A stretch of 64,000 nt of DNA, taken from NCBI RefSeq assembly GCF_036321535.1, contig NC_087436.1, positions 100,256,001-100,320,000 of the forward strand, read 5' to 3'. Below, one piece after another: positions 53,478 through 64,000 of the stretch. The notes under the pieces were generated by a model. That model searched no databases and had not been told where the DNA came from. It worked only from the letters and a program-made list of their open reading frames with translations. The stretch is from Camelus dromedarius (Eukaryota). Each line of letters opens with the position of its first letter. Position 1 is the stretch's first letter. The translations under genes were made by a program, and so were the position numbers.

Positions 53478-55797
53478 CACATTTAAATTGAAGAGACTTT
53501 TATTCTTAACAATCATGCTCCAACTCATCAATATATATAAGGACATCTTTGGACAAAGAGAATATATTCAAATTAGTTACTCAAAAACCCATACTCCTTA
53601 TTAGAAACAAGTGTATCTCTCTTAAATTCTACTAATCTCTAATGTTTATAAGTTCCATAGACTTTTGTAGTCTAAAAGGGATTATTCTTTCTGTTCCACA
53701 CCATAGGAAGAAGTTTGATTCAGTGTACAGTATAACGTTCTGCATGCAACTGACTATTGACAGGTAGTCTCAGTCCAAAGCCAGGACTCAAACAGTTCTC
53801 CAGGTAATGCTCATCACTGGTAAGCCTTTGTCCAAACTACTGTATTTCTTCAAATAGAATATCCGGCTTCTTTAATGGTAAACTTGAACAAGATTGTCCC
53901 TCCAATGAGTTTTCAAGACAATAGTTCAATATGCTCAGCTGTCAGATAACGTGCATTTAAAACTCCTAGAATCAAATTAAAGAGCATTGACTAGGGATTG
54001 GTTCTAGTAATTATCAAAAGCAGCATCTCAGAGCCCCCAAGAACACAAGCTTTTCAGGAGATCAAATCCTGAACAAGGGATCAATTTATATTTTAAAGCT
54101 GTAGAACCAAAAGCTTTTGCTATGTTACTTTTCCAAGGTCACTTCGGTGCCCTGCAAAACTGCCAACCTCACCTTGGGGAACCCTATCTTTACTTATCCG
54201 TGTTGGACCCCTTCTGTGATTAGACGTGGATTTTGGCACTTTCATTGCTACAAAAGAGAAATACAAACATTTAATCTACAATGGTACACCCTTATGATAG
54301 GGTTTGGACTAAAGTTTAGACTGAAACATTAGTGTAACTCCTCTGAGACAGATCATAATATTTAAATTCAGAGTAGTAAGGATCACTTCACAAAGGGTAT
54401 AATGATAGACCTTACCACTCTGAAAGATTATATTTCCAATAAAATATAAATGACTCTATTTGTATGTCAATATCACTAACAGACTACATTCTCTATTTAT
54501 TTAGCTGGAGCAATTTTGGCAGAATTCAATATTTTTCATATAGAATTGTGTTTGGCTGTAGAGGAAAACAAGAACCTTATGAAAACTGCAGTTTTCTTAC
54601 ATAGCAGTCAGGTCTATTATCTCTCACCAGCATGTGGCTAAAGTTTCTATTCGCAGCCCAATTATTTTTTATTCCCTTGAAAATTGTTCACAAATATGGA
54701 TTTAGTCTCTCTTACACATCAGGCATCACTGTGTTACTTAGTTAAAGTGATAGAAAAACAGACATTATCTGAGATACTTTTGAGCTGTAATTTACAAACT
54801 CACAGCTTCCCTAGCGTGAATCTCTTAGCATGTTCTGGGTCCCATGTGATTTCTTTCTGCGTATATTAGTAACATTTCTGTACCTTTTTTTTTCTTTTTC
54901 CCTTGCTTGGTCTCTGTCAAGTCATAGTCTCTGTGATATCTGGGTCCTACTCCTGCGATCCCCGCTTGTATACGATTGAGGGGTTCCTTAGGCGGATGCT
55001 GCTGCTTCCTTGTTGGCCCCACTTCTCCCCACATTCTTTTCTGTGCCATCAATAGTGTGGAGGAGTTTCTTACCATATGTCTCTAGAGCAGACTTGAGAG
55101 TAGGTTGCAACTTTCAACAGACTTGATTGAATATTCATGCACAACAGAAGGACATTGTAACTGAACTTCTAGAATTTCCTCTTTTCCAAACCTAAAGGTT
55201 CAGTGTGTTGTATCTAATTCCTGATGAATCGCTTCATGGCAGGATCAAGCTCACGTCTACTACAAGGAAGGTGAAAAATGTCTAGATTTCCATTTCAGCC
55301 AAATGACCAGGCATCCTAGGATGGCAGTTGTTAAACACTTCCTGTATGCTTCAGTAGCCTTCACTAAGCTAATATCCTATCTCAGAACAGGGTCCTCATA
55401 AAAGTCCACTCCCTTTAACCACCAACCTCAATGATGTTTTACCCTCTTTGGGTAAAACAGACAAATTATATTATAATGCAGGAAACCAACATCAGTAAAT
55501 TTGGGATTATCCGATCGTAAATAAAGCCGTATGTTAAGACTTTAGCAGTGTAGTCCAGTTTCTTAACATTGCCCTGACTTCTGTTTGAAATTAAAAACAA
55601 ATAATTTACTTCATATTTTTCCTGTAATCTCTCTCAGCTAATATTCTGTACTCACCTGCTCAATCAAGAACACAAACTGTAAAATAAAAACAGCTAATGA
55701 TTTTAGATAGATTGAAATATAAATTTACACAGAATAAAGAAAATTGATTCCTCTGTTCCCAATGCCCCCGTCTTAAAAACTAATGACAAAAATATGA

Positions 55798-55836
55798 CAC
55801 ACACACACATATATATATACACACACATACACACAA
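55798..55836. repeat. Compound (CA)n/(TA)n microsatellite
   Basis: Seen directly. Confidence 0.85.
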
Positions 55837-57208
55837 TCATATATTATAATTTACAATGCAAAACTGAATTTTTAGCTTCTCACTTACACATCAGGCTATT
55901 TATATGTTTCTAAAGATACATGTGTGGGATCTCCCTACACTCCTCCCACTCCCAAAATAAAAGAAAAAAGAGGATAAAAATGAGTGTAATTTAATTTTAT
56001 ATGGACAGAAATTATTAGTTATTTTCAATAACATCTTCTAACTATTGTTGAAGTTATTTCCATAATTAGTCTTAGTCGAACTATTCTATTTTACTTATTC
56101 TTAATTTTAAAATATCAAATTTGTCCAGAACATACATTATTAAGCTATGAGTGCTCTCAGCATCTTTAAATGGAGATTCTATTTTGGAATATTCAATACT
56201 CCCCATATCTACTGCCTACTAGTGCCCTTTTTTTCTGTGGAATTTGTTAAGTTGTTAGACTAGTTACTTTGTAGTTTGTAACTTAAAACAAAGAGGACAG
56301 AATGAAGAAGAAGAAATAATAAGAGAAGGTCTGGTTAAAGTTAAGACAGGCTAGGGGATTGGAGGATTTGAAATGAGAGAGGTTCACATTATCTGCTCTG
56401 TAAGGAGACAGGAAAGAATAAGGTATCTACAGAGTCTCCTTGTGGAGAAGAAAATCCACAAACAAAAACCTTAGATTATTTTGAAATCATTTCTATTTTC
56501 CAGACTGTGTATTTTATATGCAAACACTAGACCTCATGGGTTAATGCGATCTATCATATAATATAAAATTCTGGAATATTTCTCAGATAATTTAAAAATC
56601 ATTTTTAAGTTCGAAACTGTAGTTTTTTGCAGGACTGAGTCCAATGTTTTCATCACTTGGGAATGAGCAAGGTTTGCAGGTTTCACTAAATTAGCTCAGT
56701 TCCACCTCTAAGGTAATGAAACATCTACAACTAGATATTTCCATGTTTTTCTCTGGATTCAGTTTAGAAATTTTTCTAATATATCTTCCTTGCTTACTAT
56801 TCATTTTCTATTAATTGTAGTTGATAATAACATATTATATTTACATAAACTGTATCTATCACCAAAATAATCTAAAAGATTCTGATTGATTATTTCTTTT
56901 GAATTTCATGAGATTCAACAGCATGTCCCTTGAATACCTTTGTCAGAGTTTTTACTGTGAATGGACTATTTCTTGAAATGCAAAGGGAGCTAATTTCTAC
57001 ACAATTCAATTCTTTAGAGCATGATATAATAGCAACACTAATGATATTGCAGGGAGCCACCTCTTCGGAGTAGTTTACAACTGAAAGAGAATGCAGTGAT
57101 CTGATTTGCTCCCTAGAGCCCCTCCAAAGAATTCTCACTATGTATTTGTGGTGGTGGTGGATACTACGGGTCCCTTTGGACGATGCCTCAAAGAGAAAGA
57201 CACCACCT

Positions 57209-57231
57209 CCCACCCCACCCACCCTCACCCC
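57209..57231 (-). other. Putative G-quadruplex-forming motif
   Basis: Minus strand reads GGGGTGAGGGTGGGTGGGGTGGG: five G-tracts of 3 or more with 1-3-nt loops. Confidence 0.7.
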
Positions 57232-58297
57232 TGCCACAAACACTGCACTTGACATTTCCCTCAGAAGAACATGGCCAGGGAAATGAAGGGGCTGGTTCCC
57301 TTGCCTTCAGGTGAGACCAGCTCTGTTGTACAATTTGTGCTCTGTGGCTCCCCCTGGGATCAGACTTAAACTTCTCTCCATCTGTGAAAACTCCCACCCC
57401 TTCCTCGCCACACTCCCCGCACCAAAAAATATCACAGGCTTTGCCTCTGGAAATTTGTTCTAAGACAGTATCCTTTCAAATAGATTTACACGTGAGGATG
57501 TATGTTTTACTCCATTGTAAAATAATAGCTAGACTGAAAATAATTATTTCAGCTTTTATAATTTATTAGTATTATTTTAATATTAATCGTTATTAGTTCA
57601 CTTTTAGAACTGTAAATGTGTGTATGGGTGTGTATGGAGGTGAGAATTTCCTCATAGTTTATTCTAGATTATCCTGATATTTGGTAAAAAAATGTTATCT
57701 TTTAATATATTCCCTCATTAGAATGATTTTTTGGCGTGTGACAGGCAAGGCACAGATTAAAGGTGATATTCCATGACTTATCCACAACACTTCACACTGT
57801 TGGGATCAGAGCCCACATGTCCCAAAACCTGGCTGGTCACTATTTTGTTTACAAATTCAGATATGAGAAATATTTACTGACTGACAGGCCCAATTCCCAG
57901 CACACAGTAAGGGGTCAGGAAGCATTTGTTGAAAGAACAGGACAGGATCAGTCAGTAAGTGTGTGGATTATGATGCAATCAGGTAAGGGTTAAAGCAAAG
58001 GACGCGATTCACCTCACTTGTCTTTTCCTCAAGAACTGCTTCAGAGATTTAAGCTCCTCTGCTCTTTTTGTTTAGTACACTCAGTCACAAAACAAACAAC
58101 TCTTTAGGCAAAAGTCTTTATTCACCTTTTTTGGAAGTAATTTCTTCTGGAAAGGTATTCATTCAACCAAAATTAACTGACACCCTATGTGCCACAGACT
58201 GCACCAGGGACACCTTGGTGAATGTCGCTTGTGCTAAAAAAAGAGCCTCAAAAGAATCACAATATTATGGTCAGAACCATTTACGAAAGTTACACAT

Positions 58298-58436
58298 TGA
58301 TGAAAAATTCTCCTGCTCTGTGTTGGTGAGAATTAAGGGGATGTTTAACTTTGCATTTGTAAACCTGATGAAAAATTCTCCTGCTCTGTGTTGGTGAGAA
58401 TTAAGGGGATGTTTAACTTTGCATTTGTAAACCTGA
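58298..58436. repeat. Perfect 68-bp tandem duplication (2 copies + 3 bp)
   Basis: The unit tgatgaaaaattctcctgctctgtgttggtgagaattaaggggatgtttaactttgcatttgtaaacc occurs at 58298-58365 and 58366-58433, followed by tga. Confidence 0.97.
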
Positions 58437-60633
58437 GGGGTGTGTGACAAGCCATCTCCCACAGAGTCATCTTCTCAAATGTCCTTCCATCTCCAAGGCA
58501 ACCAGATGATTTTTCTAGACTCTAAAGAACTCTTTTCAGCTTAGGTTTATTATATTCTCACCAAATAACTTTGAATATGAAGTTAATCCCCATCACGGGC
58601 TCATGCATTCCATTCCTCATATAATATCTTTTTTTGCATTTGAATATGGTAAATCAATAGTATTTGACTAATTGTTTACAAGAAGTTCACTTCATCTTTT
58701 ATGTATTTATCTATTTTCCACATATCCCCCACATTGATCTTTAATCAAAGAAATCTCTTAGACTCTTTTGTATTTCTACTTATTTCCAAGTAATGCCATC
58801 CTTTGATGTCTTTCAGAGTGTAATACGTAAGTAGTATGCAAACAGTCAGAGATGATTATGTCTAAAAAGGTTTACCTTTAATTTCCAAAGGTGCTGGTAG
58901 ATGTTTAGCAATACTTTCAGTTTTGTTTCTGAGCAATTATTTCTTCCTGGTGTTTCTCTCCTTTTCTCCTACTGTAATCCCCCTTTCATGGCAACAATTT
59001 TGTGGTCGCCCCCATCCCTCCTGTGCTCTTCCTTGGCATCCCAGATGCCACTTCCCAGCTCCTGCCTACAGTGGCATTGGGGATAATATAGACCTAATCA
59101 AAAAGCCAGTAGGCAGCTTGCTTTACTTCCTGAGCATAGCCATGCGTGAGTCCTCCTGCTTCACGGGGCCAACAGCTTGCTAAAATCTGTAGTATTAGGG
59201 AACTGGAAACAGTTGATCTGTTTTTGTTTTTCATCAGACTTCTTTTTCACGATGGGAACACATACTCAGGCTCTGTAAATAGCTTTCTGGCTCACTTCCA
59301 CCTTTGAAGGAGTTTGAGTTCTTTTATCCTGCAAATGCCAAATTCTGAGCTATCACTGCCTGCTCCTTGATGGAACTTGGCAGCCCTGTTACCCTTTCTA
59401 CAGTGTTTTCCCACCTTCAGCTCATCAATGTTTATCTTTGTTCTTAGTATCACTTGAGCTGTTTGGTGTGCTGTTTCATGCTTTGTCTGTAATTACTACG
59501 TATTTAAAACAGAAAATTTATGAACATCTTCTCTGGAAATCACTTACTTTGAATTTTCCAACTTGAGTCATGACTTTCTATGGGAAAATCACTAGGTGGA
59601 CAATAAATCCCAAAGTTACTGGTTACATTCCAGCAGCAAGCTGTAAGAGATGACTCAGAAGCCAAGCTGACACTTGAAATATAGAGAAATTCAGGCCTCG
59701 AGAGGACAAACAGGGCTGAGGCAGCACATGGGACCATCTGCTGTGTGGTCAGGAGAGAATTACAACAGCAGCAATTACAGTTAATGACAGAAGTCTAATA
59801 TCTCAAAGCTAATTTAGAATATGCTATAGAAGTAAGGGAGGGGTGGGACTTAAAAAAATTCTCTACATCAGTAGTACGGCTGCCTGGATAATTCTCTGGT
59901 CCATCTTGAGTCCTGAAATGTGGGCATATGATGTCAACTGCCCCCGATCTGGGAGGCATCACAATCTGTAGGTGAGACCAAATAATAGCATTAAAATCCA
60001 TTTTAAGATGGATTCAGAGACAGGCACTCAATATTTTCAGATCAAACACTCTTATAAACAACATATTTAAACAACATTGTGTTAAAATAGATTTCTCTGG
60101 ATGTCAGTTTTGTGTTTGAGATAATAACAAAGGCATTTTCTAGCATGTTGATCCCAAGAATAATGTATCTGCAGGAGGCACTTTTTGACTCATACACTTT
60201 CTTTGATTAACAAATTTATTTTTTATGTATTATATGTCTGCATTTGGGAAGTTTTAGAAATCTCTCTAGCTGCCTTCCAGCATCCTTATCCATTTTGAAG
60301 TATCCAAATAGCTATATATATTTATATTTATTTATTTATAAAAAGATTTAAATCAATTGCAAATTTTTGTTAAGAGTTAAAACCTCCCATTCTTGCTTGT
60401 TAATAGGAATTAGCTCACCAGAGATGTTCTCTTAGTGTGGATTTGAGTGTGGTTTCTTCAGTTTTAATGTATAACATACTTGAAAATATATAACCTTTAC
60501 TTTCCCAGATTCTGATATTGTTATTGCAATAAACATCCTTTCAAATTTTGAACAGACAGTCACAGGAGTGAAGGCAGATGAAGATGATTCAGTCTTATTT
60601 CTTACTAAGTGCTAAGCAAGGTAGGTTTTGTAC

Positions 60634-60790
60634 CAGAGTCACAAACTCATACACCTTCTGGGGCTAAAAATTTCATATAGTGGTGATAAGGCCTTTGCAA
60701 ATTGAGAGTGCCACATCCCCAGAAGACATTGAAAAGCTCTGGAAGAATGTACAGACAAAATAACACATATTTAAGTTGATTTTCTGGCCA
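60634..60790 (+). mobile_element. Possible MER102-like hAT fragment
   Basis: 'cagagtcacaaactcatacaccttctggggc...aaattgagagtgccacatcccc...acaaaataacacatat' weakly resembles MER102. Confidence 0.35.
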
Positions 60791-61475
60791 ATTCTATTCA
60801 AAGCCTTTTTCTTTAGATCACTCTTTTATATTTACTATCAGTAAAAATTGGTAAGACTTACCTGAGACATTACAGAGAACACTTTGTAGCATCCAATATC
60901 ACACTGTTAATCTCATATAAATCTATAAATATCAGATTATTAATTATCCTCAAAGACTGTATGGATGAAGGGCTGACCTCTTCCAATTAAAAATTACGTT
61001 GTCCCTTTTTTGTCTCCCATTCAAATTAATTTATGACTGGTGATATTTCCAAATTTTATTAAGACTTTAAAATCATTTAGATGCATTAATACACTTACCA
61101 TGGCAAAAAGCAAAGCATATTAATTTCTTCCTGTTGATAGTATGTTTTATTACCATGATCCAGGGTTTGCTTAAGATACAACTAAAATTATTGTTTGGGT
61201 CAGAGATTCATCAGTGTTTAAATGTCTAAATAATCTCATCTAAAAAAAAATGTATCTTTTAAACAACTTCTTGTGGGTGCATTTTTACAGGTAACATCTC
61301 AGTCAAGAAGAAATTCTACTTTAAATCCAGTTTTCTCAAGCTGTAGATCATAAAGAGATTCTCATATGGTCAAGAGAGTCAAATCATAATATTTGCTGTT
61401 TTTGTACTTCACATGTTATCTTGTGGTCTCTGGTGTTAGTGACTCCCATTTTTTTCATATTCAAGTACTCATTTC

Positions 61476-61609
61476 TTTATTTTTGCGGTTTTTTTTTAGA
61501 TTGAAGTATAGTCAGATTACAATGTTGTGTCAAGTTCTAGTGTACAGCATAATGTTTCAGTCAGACATATACACACATAGATTCCTTTACATATTCTTTT
61601 TCATTATAG
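61476..61609 (-). mobile_element. Young, extremely 5'-truncated L1 3' end with 15-bp TSD
   Basis: T-rich tail, then 'attgaagtatagtcagattacaatgttgtgtcaagttctagtgtacagcataatgtttcagtc...atattctttttcattatag'; identical flanks tcaagtactcatttc at 61461-61475 and 61610-61624. Confidence 0.93.
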
Positions 61610-62113
61610 TCAAGTACTCATTTCAAAAGTAAAGGACAAAATAATAAATTCAGGCTCCCAGCAGATAAGAGGAAGTTGTTTTCAGCATCTATAAAATAAA
61701 GAAACACATAAATGATAAAAGCTACTATTAACACATTAATATGTGATACATATTTTATTAATCAAAATAAAGTTATATAAAATGTTCATTTTATAACATT
61801 CACTAGAGAGGGTATTCATTTAGTCTGGAAACAATTTTTGGTGGACATATAGATTCATTATTTTATGAAAATACTTCACAGGCAAACCATTTGCCTATGA
61901 GAGAGATATTTGGAGTAACACAGTATTTACTAAGTCATCCATTCTCTTTTTAATAAACAAAGATTTACTGACTGCCTAGTATAATAAAGTGTTTAGTTTC
62001 CGAGTTTATGACTCCACAGTTCAGTGAAAACTGGAGTCATTCTTTCTATCTTTCAATAATTTCTTCATTTATTCAGCAAATTTTGATTTTTCGTCTATTT
62101 TGTACTAAACATT

Positions 62114-62550
62114 TGCATTTGTTTTTTTCCTAACTGTAATAAAGTGTCACAAAATAAGTGGCTTAAAACCACGTGAACTTATTCTATCACAGATGTAGAA
62201 GCTAAAATTCCAAAATCAAAGTGATGGAGGAGCCCTGCGCCCTCTGAAACCTCTAGGAATGTTTCTCCTTGCCTTTTCCTAGTTTCTGGTGGTCTGCCTG
62301 CAGTATTTGGTGCTCTTGGCTGGCGGCCACCATACTTCAAGCCCTGCTTCTGTCAACACATGGTGGTGGTGTTCTCCCTTCTTGTGTCTCTCTCTTCTCC
62401 TCTTCTTATAAGGACACCGATCATATTGGTTAAAAATCCACCTTAATTCAGTATGACCTCATCTTAGTTTGATAACATCACAAAGACCATATTTCCAAAT
62501 AAGGGCACACTTACCAGTACTGCGGATTAGAATTTCAATATATCTTTTTA
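62114..62550 (-). mobile_element. MaLR LTR (MLT1C-like)
   Basis: 'gtggcttaaaacca...ttattctatcacag...ccctctgaaacctctagga...cttcttataaggacacc...cagtatgacctcatctta...atttccaaataagggcaca'. Confidence 0.88.
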
Positions 62551-62559
62551 GAAAGCTCT

Positions 62560-62850
62560 TGGGTCGTAATGACTGACTCAGGGGGAGACAGGCAAACTTT
62601 CTCCCCTACTATTGAGTCAACCCTAAGGTGTAAGGCAGAGGGTCTCCAGTGCTCTTCTCCACATGGGATTGAACCCAAACGACCCCTTGTGGGACACTGC
62701 TTAATAGTCTATTTACTTGGTGTCTTTTGCTTTCCTGCCCCATTTCTTCACTCCTCTTTCAGATTTTTCCTGGAAACATTTTTCTAACAAGTCAGTCCTT
62801 ACTTGGTTTCTCGTCTTAAATCTTGCTTCAGGAGAACCCAACCAAAGACG
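62560..62850 (+). mobile_element. LTR16-like ERVL LTR, 3' part
   Basis: 'gggattgaaccc...ttcctgccccatttcttcactcc...tcttgcttcaggagaacccaaccaaagac' resembles the LTR16 3' end. Confidence 0.6.
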
Positions 62851-63281
62851 GTAAGAATGCCTATATATACAAGGCAAGGGTGACAAAGAGGACAGAAAGG
62901 AGGTACTTTTGATTGATTTACTTCTCTTGTATTACAGCTGCCAGGTTTTCCTTTGTTTCCTTCAGTTCACATACTAGTAAAACAATCATAGTGAGTGTAT
63001 CAACCACTCAAATTTGACTGTGAGCCCACTGAGCCATTTTTCAAATGAAAAGCATTAATCATATTATCAGAGGACTCATTGTGGGTGGGAAGGACCTAAC
63101 AGCTAATATGTGTTAAATTAGAGTTAATTTGTTTTTTTTTTTAATCTAAAGACTGATCAATGTTAAAAAAAATCATGACTTAAAATTTTAAATAATAAGC
63201 ATATATTATCACATATAAAGTCATGCTAATAATTTCATAATATCAAGAGAAATGATGATTCTGTATTTCAACCAGTATATC

Positions 63282-63722
63282 TGTGAAAGCCATGGAAGAC
63301 AGCCACCTCTGTCTTCTTTCAGAAAGAACTTGCTGAGAACCATGTAGTTACCCAGCAGTGTCAGTCTGGAGCATTCATGCCAAGTCTATGCATTCAAGAT
63401 GTTCACTGACACAGCATGGCCAGGGTACCAGATTCCAGGTCATTGTCACCCAACTAGGGTACAAGCTCCTGTAATGGGCAGTCTTTGCCCTGAGATCCTC
63501 CATTGACCTGGCTGAGAAATTCTCATAAATGAACCGCAGTCTGAGGTCCCTCGTACTAAATCTTCTTTTATTCCGCCACTCTGTCGATAGGTTGACTACC
63601 TGCATTGTATACTAAAGGATTTCCCTGCCTGCCCCAGTACCTCTTCCCCTTTACCAGTCACAGATGTTCCCCCTTCAAAGTTTTTGCACTTTTAATTCTT
63701 TCCTGTATCACTCAAACTGACA
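63282..63722 (+). mobile_element. LTR33-like ERVL LTR
   Basis: 'gggcagtctttgccctgagatcctccattgacctggctgag...gcagtctgaggtccctc...tcacagatgttccccc...ttgcacttttaattc...caaactgaca'. Confidence 0.7.
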
Positions 63723-64000
63723 GAATCTTTATATCCAATTTAACTACAGTTAACTTTACTGATAGGTCAAGTTCTACACACAATCAATTTCCTCCCTTCT
63801 AAATCAAAAAAGTTAATGTTCAGTTAAATATTGGCAGAAAGTATTTGGTGGTTTTGAATAATTTCATATATTCAGAGGAAATGGATCCACAAGTTTTGGT
63901 GATAATTTACACTAAGGTGTTCTTTATCTAGTCTGGCTAATGCTAAATCAATAAGCAAGTCATAACCAAAAGTGAGAAAAGTGATCCTTTCACCTGGGGA

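Noticed and set aside
58298..58436. CRISPR-like interpretation of the direct repeat
   Set aside because: Two abutting copies with no spacer, in mammalian DNA, with no cas genes.
60857..60930. Perfect minus-strand donor CAG|GTAAGT (similar isolated donors near 22178 and 33269)
   Set aside because: No convincing acceptor or open frame upstream; isolated donors are common.

Overview
AT-rich, CpG-depleted mammalian genomic DNA that reads as a gene desert or the interior of a very large intron. I recognise no protein-coding gene, RNA gene, CRISPR array or prokaryotic system. The ORFs in the supplied track are chance frames or repeat-derived; the only recognisable peptide is a ~55-codon LINE-1 ORF2 fragment at ~30.3 kb. 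The window is a mosaic of ancient repeats (L2, MIR, MaLR/MLT1, LTR16/LTR33, MER31-like, MER58B) and many solo ERV LTRs, several of them nested. It also has two younger L1 3' ends that resemble, from memory, cetartiodactyl (most likely camelid) L1s; I saw no Alu, B1, Bov-tA, PRE-1 or Can-SINE. All repeat family names come from recall of consensus sequences, not from a search. I did not find convincing evidence of a new biological system. The best leads are: a perfect 68-bp tandem duplication; a 134-bp L1 with a perfect 15-bp target-site duplication (TSD); a tail-less internal L1 fragment; two frame-preserving minus-strand microexon candidates with consensus splice sites; a CpG-retaining patch with TF motifs; and a strong G-quadruplex motif.
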